Of a DNA stretch of 56,720 bases, positions 38,347 to 50,929 are shown piece after piece. Below the pieces are notes generated by a model that did no database searches, was not told where the DNA came from, and saw only the letters and a program-made list of their open reading frames with translations. Both the position numbers and the translations under genes were made by a program. Each line of letters opens with the position of its first letter. Within the stretch, counting starts at the first letter, position 1. This stretch comes from Chara braunii (lineage: Eukaryota > Plantae > Charophyceae), in the NCBI GenBank assembly GCA_003427395.1, contig BFEA01000029.1, positions 1,288,193 through 1,344,912 of the forward strand. The letters run 5' to 3'.

Positions 38347-38645
38347 CACATCCGTCAATGTGCGGCTTGTATTTCCTTTTTTTATTTGTTTTAAAGATGT
38401 TATTATTATTATGTTCTTAGTATGCTTACTCTGCTTTCTGCGTATGCTTACTAAGCTGTCACGTACTTGTGAGGACAAACCATGCTGTTGCTGGTTTTTT
38501 TTTTTTTTTTTTTTTTTTTTGGAGAACATCTCATGTTTTGGTTTGTCCTTATCGATCGTTTTGAAATTGCCACGTCAGCCTTCTTTTGCCGACGTTATCC
38601 AATGATGATGTGGCAAACCATGACTCGTAGATGATGCCGGTTCCT

Positions 38646-38717
38646 GATTTATGCGTGTCATCTTTGCGCAGGGCCCATTCTCTGTATCGTTCAATTTTAA
38701 CAAATGGCCCGAAGGAC
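38646..38717 (-). pseudogene. U6: U6 snRNA pseudogene, 3'-truncated, with an internal deletion
   Basis: Reverse complement GTCCTTCGGGCCATTTGTTAAAATTGAACGATACAGAGAATGGGCCCTGCGCAAAGATGACACGCATAAATC; degenerate flanking direct repeat. Confidence 0.85.
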
Positions 38718-39440
38718 GTGATGGCGGTACTTCGAAAATGCTCTTTTGTCAGGAAATTACCGACTGCTTGTATAGCATGATAATTATTTTCGTTGCTGTT
38801 GTAGACCCGTCCCCGTCTTCCCCGCTCCTCCCCTCTCTCTCCCTCCCTCCCTCCCTTTCTCTTCCTCTCTCCCTCTCCCTCCCTCTCTCTCCCTCTGTCT
38901 CCCTCTGTCTCCCTCTCTCGCCCTCTGTCTCCCTCTCTCTCTCCTCCCTCTCCCTGACTCGCTTTCTCTGCCTCTCCCTCCCTCTCCCTCCCTCTCCCTC
39001 CCTCTCCCTCCCTCTCCTTCCCTCGCCCCCAACAACACTTCGTTTACGTCTTTCATTCTGCTATCAACTCCTCGGAAGCACATTTGATCTGTGGGCAGAG
39101 ATCGCTTTATCCCGCCCTACCCCTCCCCCTCCTCCCCCCCCCATTTTCGAACTGTTGTCCTGGGAGGGAGTGTTTCCCGGGCCCATTGCAAGAGTTTGCG
39201 GGTGGCACACTCCCTCCCAGGTTGCAGATCCGGACTTGGGGGCTTTTTCTTTCCAGCCCTATTTGAGAAAGAAAACCTCGAATAATGACTGTCATCACCG
39301 ATCGCTCGCGCGCGCGCGCGTGTGAAAGACGACTTTGCAGATCGTCGCATCATGTTCCACCACCTTGTTTTTCTTTTGTGTGTGTGTTGTCATGTTCGCT
39401 ATCCATAACACCACAAGAAAAGCTCTCTCGTGTGTGTGTG

Positions 39441-39542
<102 letters not shown>

Positions 39543-39759
39543 ACTGGATGTGAAATGCCTTGTCGTTTCGAAGGGAAATTAGATCTGAAACTGGATTTTT
39601 TTAATATATGTTTTTGGGGGGGTGCTAATTGATGATGTGTGTTTTTATTTTTGGCGCGCAGTGCGCAATGCACCAAGTCAAGTACCGGGTTAGCGTCGCG
39701 AAAGTAAACGTCGAGAGCGACTAACCAATTGGTCGGTCCAGATTGGGATACCGATTTTG

Positions 39760-40258
39760 ATGGGGCTGTCAATTGCGGAAGCGTTGGATTACGCCCGCCA
39801 CAACGGGTGGCTGGATCTGGAAACTTCGTTGAAGGGTCGTTCAAGCGGGGCGCAGCGGCCATCGCGGTTCAGGCTTGTTGATTATGACCTCGACTCAACC
39901 GACGACGACGATGAGGAGAACAGTGAAGAAGAAGAGGAGGTGGTGGCAGTCGGGGGGAGGGAGGGCGCAGATCGCAGATCGGTCGCGGGTCGGCGTGCAA
40001 CTGGCGGGAATGTGTTGTTGAAGACTGCTACACAGTCATTATCATCATTCCGTTCGATGGAGAAGACTGATGATAATGATGATGGTGATGATGATGATGA
40101 TGATGATGAGGATGAGGAGGAGGAGGAGGAGGCTGCGGTGGTTAAGGGCAGTAATCGGCAACACGTGGATAATATCGAGGAAGAGTTCAAGAAGCTAATG
40201 CTGGAAGTCAAGGAGGGTCAGCAAGAAGATGAGCAAGATGATGATGAAAGGTCAAAAG
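39760..40258 (+). CDS. Probable first coding exon of the PIN-domain gene (LSIAEALDYARHNGW plus an acidic low-complexity region)
   Basis: 169-aa ORF with protein-like composition. Candidate donors are AG|GTCAAA (40250) or AAG|GCAAGT (40258). Linkage to the downstream exons is inferred. Confidence 0.55.
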
Positions 40259-40835
40259 GCAAGTGAAAGAGAGGGAAAGAAAGCTGAAAATGTTTAATGC
40301 AGTAAAAAGCTGTGCTGTTTGGTGATTGCTATACTTATGTAATTGATTTTTTCCCTCCCCTTTTTCTTTCTTTCTTTATGGGAAAAAATCAGGAAGGTGT
40401 GAGCGGCCTGCCGCCAAAATAAAGCCCCTCCCCGTTTTGGCTAAATTCGGTTCTACCCGAGTAAACGCTGACATTACTCAGGCCAAATAGAAGTTTTTTT
40501 TTGGGGGTGGGGGGTGGGGAGAGGGAGGGGGTTAAATTCCCGTACTTGTTTATCATCTATGCATCAAGAGTTCGAACTCTGACAAACACACAATTGCTAA
40601 GGGGTCTGCCCCACAAAAGAAATGATTAGTTTTTTGGCGAATCGGGGTGGTGATTAAGTTATGCCCTATCAAAGATGAATAGATTTGAGAGATACTTTGT
40701 GTGTGTGCGTGTTTTGTTTCCCCCCCCCTTCTTGTGTGTGTGCGTGTGCTGATTTCTTTCCCTTTTTTTTGTATGTGCGTGTTTAATGTTTTCCACTCGC
40801 TTGGGTGTCCGGTTTTTTTTTTTTTTTTTTGCCCC

Positions 40836-40879
<44 letters not shown>

Positions 40880-41458
40880 TTTGAATTCCCCCCCCCAAAA
40901 TGCTGTTTTTTGAACTTTTTTGGTCGGGACAATTGTTTAGCTTTTGTGGACTGATTGCCTTTATGAATCGTGATCCATTGGATTACTTTGATTTTCTCAA
41001 TTCCTCCAGTTTGGTCCATTGGATTTCTTCGATGGATTGGCTTCCAGGAAGTTAGTCCATTGGATTTAATTTTATGTCAAATTTGATCCACTCTGTCTGA
41101 AATTTGATTCATTTGGTCTAAATCTGGTTCCCTTGGATTAGGTTGGATTGATTGGTTTCCTGAATGTTAATCCATCGAATTCAGTTTGATCAAATTTGCT
41201 CAATTTGCTCAATTTGCTCAATTTGCGCAATTTGCTCAATTTGCTCGATTTGCTCAATTTGATATAATAGGACTTGTTGGAATCGTCTCGATACTGAAGG
41301 TGGATCTAAATTATCTAATCAATTCACATTTATCCATTGTGTCATTTGACTCTTTTGATTTCATCTACTAAATTGTATTAATTTGATCAATTTGTTCAAT
41401 TTGATCTAGAAATTTTGACTTGTTGGTGATCCGTCTGGATATCGTTGGATTTCTTCAG

Positions 41459-42535
41459 TTCACATTTATCCCTTGTATGATTGGAGTCGTTTGATTCATC
41501 TACTAAGTTGTGCCGTCGGTGGATCCTCCCTCTCATTGTCTTTGTCTTGTCGTTCTTGCGAAGTGGGCATTCCGTCAAGCAGCAACAGAAGGCTTGCTGG
41601 CAAGGGCGTTGAGTCAAGGAGCGCGGAAGTGCGGAAGGTTGAGGCTGGACGTGCTAACTCTGGCCACAGCAGTGCCGTTGGCTCTCATGCATCTGCAGCA
41701 TCTCGACGTACGGCGATCTCTGCAACAAATCAAGAGTGCCGGATGCATCAAGAAGGGTTAGCAGATTATGACCTCCCAACAAAGGCAACCCCCTTGATCT
41801 CTCCTGCCGCTGCGCTTGATTTGCTTGCGCAATCCGATTTTCCTGGCAAAAGGGTTGGCGTCAACCATAACAATGAAAGATCTGCGTTTTCCTTCGACGT
41901 GCTTGCTCGATTAGATTCGCCCAGTCAAAGGGCTGACGTCAACCATAACGAATGTTCTGCAGTTTCCTTTGACGTGCTCGCGAGATTGGATCCGCCCGGT
42001 GAAAGGGTTGACGTCAACAATGGAAGGATGATCGGCGTCGCCGTGAACCGTCAAACTTCCGGTGTAAGCGACCAAGGAGGGGAGGGGAAGACGACGGCGA
42101 AGAAGAATGGAAATGCTTACGGGGTGGCCAATTTGGCAGGAAAGGAGGATTCTCCCAGTGGCGGCAGAGATACTGTCATCTGTGGACCGATTCACATGGT
42201 GCGGGAGGGTTGGCAGGGAACGGATGAGGCTGGTGGAACATCTAGCCTGTCGGGGGGGAGATCGCAATGGCAGGGTAATGATGGCAGTGGTTTGGCTTCA
42301 AACACTGCAGCTGTTGCCGCCCCAAACGGAGAAGAGAGTACTGGTGCGATGGACTGGTATGTGGTGGTTGATACTAGTTGCTTTATGGAAGTGAAAGACA
42401 TGAGTGCCTTGTTTATGATACAATTCTGGGGGAACTGCCGGTGGAGATTGGAGAGCCTAGCAGCCCTTCAACAGGCTACTGCAGAAATGCTGGAAATGTG
42501 CAAAGTGAGGGTGATCATGGTTATCCCACAAAGAG
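41459..42535 (+). CDS. PIN-domain gene, large exon ending in the first PIN motif (WYVVVDTSCFM...VIMVIPQR)
   Basis: 378-aa ORF; donor GAG|GTAAC at 42535 (phase 1). The acceptor is uncertain (41459 or 41508). Confidence 0.75.
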
Positions 42536-42556
42536 GTAACGAACCTTTTCTTCTCT

Positions 42557-42658
42557 TCTATCTGTGTGTCATCCTTGGGGCAGGGACCATGCTAATTTTC
42601 TTTGTATAGTCTCTATAGACCTTTCCCCCCCACCCATTTAACAGATGTCCTGAAGGAC
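42557..42658 (-). pseudogene. U6: Diverged U6 snRNA pseudogene with a ~20-nt insertion, intronic and antisense to the host gene
   Basis: Reverse complement GTCCTTCAGGACATCTGTTAAA...ACTATACAAAGAAAATTAGCATGGTCCCTGCCCCAAGGATGACACACAGATAGA. Confidence 0.8.
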
Positions 42659-43866
42659 ACTATCTATATTTATTGTATTTCGTAGAAAGCGAAATAATTG
42701 AATTGCCTTACTCTGTGACCATCTTGGGCCGCTGGAGACATGCAAAGTCAGGGCTCTGTTTTGGGCCTCCTGGGACAGTGTTTTGGGCCTCCTGGGGCAC
42801 GGTTCCACTAGCCGCAGTGTAAGATTAGAACGTAGAGATACCTGCCTTACTCTGTGACCATCTTGGGCCGCGGATGGCCAGAGATTTTGGATGCTGACAT
42901 TTTTTCTTGCCTTTTGTAGTGCCTAACGGGGATTTCCATGCCATGCCCTCTCCGAGATTGAAAAGCAGCCTGGACCACCTCCCCCTCCCATTCATGGAGG
43001 AGCCTGAGTCATATAGTTGCCAAAACATGTCATCAGCCTGCTTCTTCTCTCCCCCATAGAAAATGTTCTGCAGTAGAGATGAGTCTGGGTGGATAGAATG
43101 CAAAAAAAATAAAAATAGCACAGAACAGAATAAAATAGAATGGAATGAAGAGAAGAAGAAGAAGAAGAAGAAGAAGAAGAAGAAGAAGAAGAAGAAGAAG
43201 AAGAAGAAAGAAGAAGAAGGAGAAGAATAGAAAGGAATGGAACCGAAACGAGGCCAGACCCGAACCAGACCCCGAATAGGAACCAGACCAGAACTGGAAT
43301 AGGACCAGAATAGAATAGAGTAGAATAGAATAGAATAGAATAGAAATAGAATGGAATTGAATTAAAATTAGATGAAATAGAAATAGAGGACTAGGGTAGA
43401 CTGGAGTGGACTAGAGTAGACTAAAGGCAGGGATTGCGAGAGTGGCCAAGGGGACTCTCTGGGAATAGAGTGTTTTGGTGCCATTCAGAGGAATGTGAGG
43501 GATATAGATGCTCATTGGTGTGAGCATCAGAACCGTACGTACCTCAGACCTTTGCAGAAGTCCGCTGTCTGTCTCAGAAATGTCATTATGATGTTTTTTT
43601 CTCGCGATATTTCTATTTCTGTGACACTCTGAATTTTGGCTTACAACATCTCCCATCACATAATAATATCATAATATATGATTCCATGGCCGGAGAGTGC
43701 CATCATTCCCCCCCCCCATATTTTCTATCATCTTTCTCGTCTTATGCAATGTCTTACGCGTGTTACATGGGTACTGTGAAGTCTTACCCCCCAGCTAGTG
43801 GAACCCATGCCCCTTACACGTAGGAGGCCCACCCGGGGTTGTTTCCTGTTCTCTCACTTTCCACCT

Positions 43867-43974
43867 ACCGTCTTCACCTGAATAGAACGCCCAGTCATTA
43901 TAGCTGCATCTGGACAGAAAGTTGCCCTGAATACAGCTATAATGACCCGACGCTCTATTCTGGTGAAGGCGGTA
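43867..43974. mobile_element. MITE, TACCGTCTTC family
   Basis: taccgtcttcacctgaatagaacgcccagtcattatagctg...cagctataatgacccgacgctctattctggtgaaggcggta. Confidence 0.85.
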
Positions 43975-45123
43975 GGGTTTACCAGGTGGTTCTCTGTGAG
44001 AATATTTATTGAATCCGCCAGTACACGGCCCCAGCAACAAATGGGGGCAGGCCTCCTTTTGGGTGGAGCCGCCAGCCATTTTGCTCCGTTGGCGAAGCCC
44101 CGAACGTTGCCGCAGCATGCAAGCCACAACTTTGCAAAAAATTGCTGGGAAAAGTACAGCTGGTTTAAGAAACAAACTGTGATTGGTTTACGGAGTTTGT
44201 ATTAGGATATATATTTATTTATAGGATTCAGCCTCCTGGGGCAAGGTCCCACTAGCACAGAGGATTGGATTTAACGCCTGAATGTGGACGTGTTTCTGGA
44301 GTGGGCCAGAAAATGGTGATTGGTCTGCTTTTCTGCACCTCTGCTTAACATGCATCCAGGTTCAGGCGCTTAATCCAATCCTCTTTGCTAGTGGTGTGAC
44401 GATCCCTTTTCTGATGCGCGCGATTATCTGCACGAGTGACCTTGGGCCCTTAGGAGGCCTGCGTATGAGTAACGGGGCTAATTGCGCAGGTGCCCCTAAC
44501 TTTCTTTTCGTTTTTGCAGAAACTGGGCCCCAATTATGCAGCGACAAAAACGATGATGTGGCCCTCTCCTTTTTGCCTTTCCTGTTGGAAACTCGGGATA
44601 GGGTTTTTTTTTTTTTTTGGGTGTGATCATCGCTTGGGGCCAACCTTTCATTTTTTTTTATTCTTGGGGAACTGCGCGGACAGCCGCGCAGGTAATTGGA
44701 TTTTCTTCGGAATTAGGACTTTAATTAGAATATGATTTTGGGCACGCTGTATTTTGGATGGCAGCAGCAGTAAGTGCACGCTGCTTCTTACTCGTGCGCG
44801 TATTGGTACGCTCTTTTCCCGCCGCGCCTTAATCCCAGTCTCAACTGTCTTGTTTCTCTTCTTGATCCCGCGTGTAACTGTAATCTCTCTTTTTGCTAAG
44901 TCCTTACTGCATGCATGCATGTGCCTAGTTTCTCCCCTTCTCATTGGCCGAAGTGATGCATGCCAGGATTGATGCATGGAGAGTGGCTAAGTCTCCCAGG
45001 TTGCGGCCCGGGCATGCTGATGGTAGTCCAGATAATACCAGTCTGAGTACCCCTTACTGTGCGAGGCTGAAAGTGCCACCCAGTGCCCAAAGTGAAGACC
45101 TGGCCAATTTCTGAAAAGGCCGT

Positions 45124-45179
<56 letters not shown>

Positions 45180-45191
45180 CAGAGANNNNNN

Positions 45192-45283
<92 letters not shown>

Positions 45284-45606
45284 TTTGCTTATTTTTGTGT
45301 GTGCATGATGTTTGGTGTTCCTTTTTCGAGAGAGAAATTGTGAACGTGGGCGTCTCATTCCTTTTTCTCCCACTCATTTAAGCTGTTGTCTGTCAACCAG
45401 TGTCTTGGGTGGCTAACGATCTCATGTTGAATGGGTGGCAGTGATGTGCCATGCTTTGAAGAGGTTATCTATCACCTGACTCTGTAAGCACATGGTGAAT
45501 GGAAGGAGCTTGCCAAAGCTTCTAAGCCCACATAATCATGAATACTGTTAGCAATCATGTAAGCAGTGAACTGATTGAGTTCATTATTTGTTGGCCCACA
45601 TGTCAG

Positions 45607-45679
45607 TTGTTAGGGAGCTTGATGGTCTGAAGGGTTCTCCTGATGCTGACCGCAACAGAATGGCACGCCAGGCCTTAAG
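45607..45679 (+). CDS. PIN-domain exon (VVRELDGLKGSPDADRNRMARQALR), SWT1-like
   Basis: CAG acceptor at 45604-45606 and AAG|GTAAC donor. The phase 1 start joins IPQR-V-VRELDGLK, the PIN_4 motif. Confidence 0.85.
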
Positions 45680-45903
45680 GTAACTAAAAGTCACACAATA
45701 GTTCCAGCTTCATCACGGATTTACCAGTCTTCTGTTTGTCTACACACTCTGCCTTTCTCGCTTGCTTTCTTTTCAATATTCAGTCACAAAGTACACAGCA
45801 GTTCTTTCTTGGACTGAACTATCTAATGCCCAAACGAACATCATTTCCACAGTTAGAGACAGGCGAAGTCGACCAAAGCCATATTGCTTCTTCATAGGCA
45901 GCC

Positions 45904-45980
<77 letters not shown>

Positions 45981-46099
45981 TGTTCAGATGATCAGTTGAC
46001 CCAGCAAACTGAATCGGAGTGGTCTTGGACCATAAGGTTTATCCTCGGTGTGCATCTAGTTTTCTTTCTTGTGTGTGTGGGGGTGCTGGGGGTTGCGTG

Positions 46100-46492
46100 T
46101 GTGTGTGACGTCGTGTTCGCTGTACACAACTCCACGAAAAAAGCATGATTGTGCCACACTGTTTCATCAGACTTTCACCAACTCATCAGAAGGTCGAACC
46201 CAACATTCTGCCCAGCATGCATCCGACTGACGGATCAAGGACTCACCACATCACCCAGCGTTAGCGATGCGCCTGAGAAAAGTGGTTGGCTTACTGTGTG
46301 TGTGTTGTCATGTTTGCTATGCTCAACTGCACAAACGAAAGGACTTGTGCCAGACTGTTTTGTCGGACTTTCACTGACTCATCAGGAAGTTGAACCCTGA
46401 CAGTCTGCCCAGGATGCATTTGACTGGTGGATAAGGACTCACCACATCGCCCAGAGTTAGCGATGCCCCTGAGAAAAGTGGTTCACTTTACT
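46100..46492 (-). mobile_element. Tandem dimer of hammerhead family B (~196-bp period); ribozyme motifs at 46155-46210 and 46351-46407
   Basis: Minus strand reads CAGACTGTC-AGGGTTCAACTTC-CTGATGA-GTCAGTGAAAGTCCGAC-AAA-ACAGTCTG and CAGAATGTT-GGGTTCGACCTT-CTGATGA-GTTGGTGAAAGTCTGAT-GAA-ACAGTGTG. Confidence 0.85.
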
Positions 46493-46622
46493 CACACGAA
46501 CCCTGCAATTCTAGCGGACTGTCGGCCCAAACCCCTGACAAGAATGGCAGTAATCTGACACAGCCATAAAACTCACTCTACTCACCAACTCAGGCATGGG
46601 TACCCAATGTTACAACCCCCGG

Positions 46623-47087
46623 CAGTGTTGCACACCCCAACCGTCGGCGACCCCTGACTGGTCGGCTGCCGACCCGTCGATCGGTCGGCTGGTCGGCACC
46701 TACCGGTCGGGGGTTGTCGGCACCCCGCAATTTTTTTTATTTTTTTTTTTTCCCTTTCGGTCCAGAACCCCTAATAACCCCACGAACACCCCCATACCCA
46801 CCCCAAATACCCCCATACACCCCCCCCNNNNNNNNNNNNNNNNNNNNNNNNNNNNNNNNNNNNNNNNNNNNCCCCCTATACCACCCCTATCCCCCCCTAT
46901 ATCCCCCTATACACCCCACCCCCAACCCCCCCATCCCCAAAAGTTTCTCAGCGGTCGGCGGTCGGGGCAAGCGCAGTACAGCTTCCAACTCAGATCTGAA
47001 AAAAAATTAGTGGATGGTTCTTTTCTGACTGGTCGGCTGCAATACGGTCGGCGGTCGGGGTCGGCGGTCGGCAGGGATGCAACCATG
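46623..47087. mobile_element. Possible hAT-like non-autonomous element
   Basis: cagtgttgca...tgcaaccatg imperfect ends with arrays of ccgac/gtcgg subterminal motifs. Confidence 0.45.
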
Positions 47088-47121
47088 ACCCCCCGCGCAT
47101 TGATCCGCTTGAACGGAGAGC

Positions 47122-47152
<31 letters not shown>

Positions 47153-47364
47153 ACACAATCTTTGTTCATTCCATGGAACCTAACAGGGCTACTTTTTTAG
47201 ACTACGGGATACTGGGACACACGTGACAGTAGGAATTTCTTTTACCTCTTCCCTTTTGCTGAGCCAGAGCCAACCGTTGTTTTCTTCATGAGGCAGCATG
47301 TACTGTAGCTATCAGAACGGCCCCACAGAAAAAATAAAATAAAAAAAATCATGTGTACGACGTA

Positions 47365-47449
<85 letters not shown>

Positions 47450-47451
<2 letters not shown>

Positions 47452-48521
47452 AACACTGCGTCACTTCAGGAGTGCGGGTTCCGAAAAGACGAAGATACTA
47501 ATGATAATCGGAACATGTCACAGAATGGTAGCAAACACATATGAGAGCACAGATCTGCCTGCGGTGATCAAGATGTTTGGAAGAGAACTCAGACTAATGG
47601 ACTACCCGTGGAGGATAACCCGCACGGCGATGCTGGCGTACATCAGAAATTGTAAAGACGCTGAAGTCTGGAATAAATTCCAGGACTATCTGAAAGGAGA
47701 AGAGACACCAGCCACATGATATAAACAAGCAATGAAGGACGTCACAAATTCCGAGGTGGCTGGATGGAGTATCTGAAAGGGAAGAAAAAAATATAAATAA
47801 ACATAAAATAAAATAAAATAAAATAAAAATAAAAAGGCAATGGTATGATATAATTCCAGACGATGAAATAAAAGAAAAAACCAAGTAAGACACGCTCACG
47901 ACTGAAAACAAACGGCAAAAATCTGCAGATAATGACGCAAGAGTAACAAAGGCATTCCCTAAATATTTCCGAAACATGCGAAGCGAGTCGGAAACCAAGG
48001 ATAAGCAAGCGACAAGAAGCAAAACGACGAAGGAAACAAAGTACTCACCTGATAAAGTATGATGTAAACCACGGCCGCGCGATAAACAAAACAAAACAAC
48101 AAACAAAGACAAATACACGTCAGAAACAAAATATGAATACGGCCGAATAACTAAGTAAGTACGGAATATCCTTCAAAGAAAACAAACAGGGACGGCAAAG
48201 AACACAGGCTCGCACGTATACTTATATCACTATATGTGTGTGAAGGATACAAGATCGACGACAAAAGGAAAATCAACGGCGACAAGGACTAGTCGGAGCA
48301 CGACAACCAGAGACTAGGAGGAAAGGATGATGAGGACTGCAAGGATGAGGAAGTAGGTGGGGAAGGCTAAGGACATAGGGTATAAATTTCGAGGACAGTG
48401 GCTGAAATGATTACCTGAGCGGAGAGGTAGAAGGGTAATCGCAACGATGTTTTCGTCGCATGCCATGGGCAGGACGTGTATTCTGTGAAAGTAAAGCCTC
48501 ACACGTTTTGTCTATCATTGC

Positions 48522-48524
<3 letters not shown>
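47450..48524 (+). mobile_element. 5'-truncated Penelope-like element (RT C-terminus plus 3' region) inserted in (CT)n
   Basis: RHFRSAGSEKTKILMIIGTCHRM...FGRELRLMDYPWRI resembles the PLE RT thumb (H..S.....K..II.G...R....L....YP); stop at 47719; (CT)n on both sides. Confidence 0.55.
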
Positions 48525-48584
<60 letters not shown>

Positions 48585-50876
48585 NATTTCAGGAGTAAAA
48601 TGGACGCAATTGGCACTTTTTGTGACATACATTTCAGGAGTAAAATGGACGCAATTGGCACTTTTTGTGACATACATTTCGGGTATGGTCGCTGTCGTAA
48701 CGTATTTGAGTTTTGAATACCCGCATATCAACATTAGAAATAAAAAAGGGAACGTATTTGAATATCTGCACATCTGAATGCCAATCATGTTGAACCACCA
48801 GTACACCTGGGCGCTGTTGCTCCACTGCTCACCAAGCTTTGCCGAACCGCCAGCGGCGCACTTCTTGTTTGGTCAGGGCTCCAGCCATTGTCTTCTGGCA
48901 GGCCCCAGGCACAAAAGTTTTGGATGGGCAACGAGTTCATTCTCACCAAGGGCGGGGCCGTGTACTGGCGGTTTAAACCACAACTACCGTTCCCAGGCAG
49001 ACTCGAAACCTTTGAATACCGCATTCTTTGGAGCCTGGGCACCACCAGACCAAAATAGCTGGCGGTGCCAGCCAGAACAAAGAAAGGAAAAGAAGTCGTG
49101 CTGGCGTTTTGGCAAAGCTTGGCACGCAGTTCTTTTCGGCCTCGGCAAAAAGAGGCTCGGACGTAGTGGTTGTTTAAAGCACTACTACCTTTCAGCCTGG
49201 AAGGGGAAGTTGTAAATATAACCTACACCGCATTCGTCGGAGGCCGTCGGAGGCCTGCGGAGGCCGGCAGAGGCCGGGCGCCACTGAGCCAAAATGGCTG
49301 GCAAGACCAGCCAAAGAAAACAAGAAAGGTTACGCTGGCGCATTGGCAAAAGCGTGGTTGTATTCCACCTCGGCAAAAGGAGTCTCGGATGTAGTGGTGG
49401 ATCTGGAAAAAAAACAAAAGAAAAAAAATCATACGCCTAGGCTACCAGCCGGGCCGCCCGGGTCATCCTATTTTCCCGGGCGGCCCGGCCGTGCAAGGAC
49501 CAGGGAAGGTCCCAGCCAAAAACAAACAAAAAAAAAAATCCAAAAAGTCCGAAGAAAAACTGTGTTATGCAGAAAGATAAACTGAACACCTTTTGCCTCA
49601 GGGTTACATCGAAATTCTTTACCAAATTCAAAATAAAACTATCGCATATGGTTCGGTAGCTCGGGGGGGATACGCCCACCTAAGGGATGGTGACGACTCC
49701 CAGAGGTGGAGGGAAGTTTTCTACGCGTGGCCCTATCCTATCGTAGGAGTTCGCGAGAGGTATGGTTGACACACTCGGCAAGAGCGGCAAAACGCTCTTC
49801 TCGAAAAGTGTTGCAAAATCCTGCGTGACGCGGCTGGGAGGGTGCCGTCTGCGGGATCAATGCGCTCAACACCGTGCTTCGGAACGAAAGTGATAAAGGT
49901 CGTCGATCTTGGTGATGGCTTCTCCTACATCCCACTCGCAAACACGCGTCCTATCCTCGTCGTAGGGGAAAAATCATGGGCGGGGAGATTTGAAAAGTTG
50001 ACGCACCGATGGCTTCGCTGGCTCAATCGACATGGCCGATAAGGAGGGAAATGAGTATCAATAATCACAAACCCCGCATTGGTGAACCTTGAGCACCGTG
50101 CTTTGGAAGTGAAGTGATAAGGATCGCCAATCTTGGCGACGACTTCTAGTACGTCCCAATCGTAAATACGTGTTTCATCCTTGTTGTACCGAAAAAAACA
50201 TGGTCGGAGATTCGAGAAGTTTATGCCTCAATGACTTCATTGGCTCAATTCACATGGCCGATACATGCGCTTCCGCTAATAAAAAAACAAAGAGATCAAA
50301 TCTCATTGACCTCGAGGATTGCCTCAACGACGAAAATCATGCAATGTGAACTGTCTCTCATGCCTGATATTCCGTCGTGATGGGATATTACCTAAGAAAC
50401 TAGTAAGAGATGAGTTCATGAATAAGTTTATTGAACAAACAACCACATTGTTTTTCAAGAGAAAAAAAATTAAGACAAAGGTAAGTTTCAAGTGACGTTA
50501 AAAAAAATATCGGACCGATGCATAAAATTACGCGTTCCTTTTGCACAAGGGGGTTGGGTCCTGGCTGACTAGGCTCAATTCTGGACCACGGTTGGGGGCC
50601 TCAGAGCCTTGGCAAAAAGGTAAAAGTAAAATAGCGACGCACCTTTCCATATTTTGGGTTGAGTTTCATTCCTTTCCCCTACTTGGGCCCTAGCTCCACT
50701 CCTCGACAAGTGTGCAAAATGAGAATGAATCTTCCGCTAGAATCTGGACAAATACAACCTTTTTGTCTTGGTGACCACAATAGTGCAGAGAGGCCTTGGT
50801 GAGTGGCTTTCTTATTTTTCCATTTTTTTTGCCGCGCCACACTCTTCGCTGTCAGAAGCGCTTTCTCGCATGCGGG

Positions 50877-50929
<53 letters not shown>

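Noticed and set aside
38651-39325. 224-aa ORF
   Set aside because: It is derived from antisense U6 plus a CT-rich low-complexity tract.
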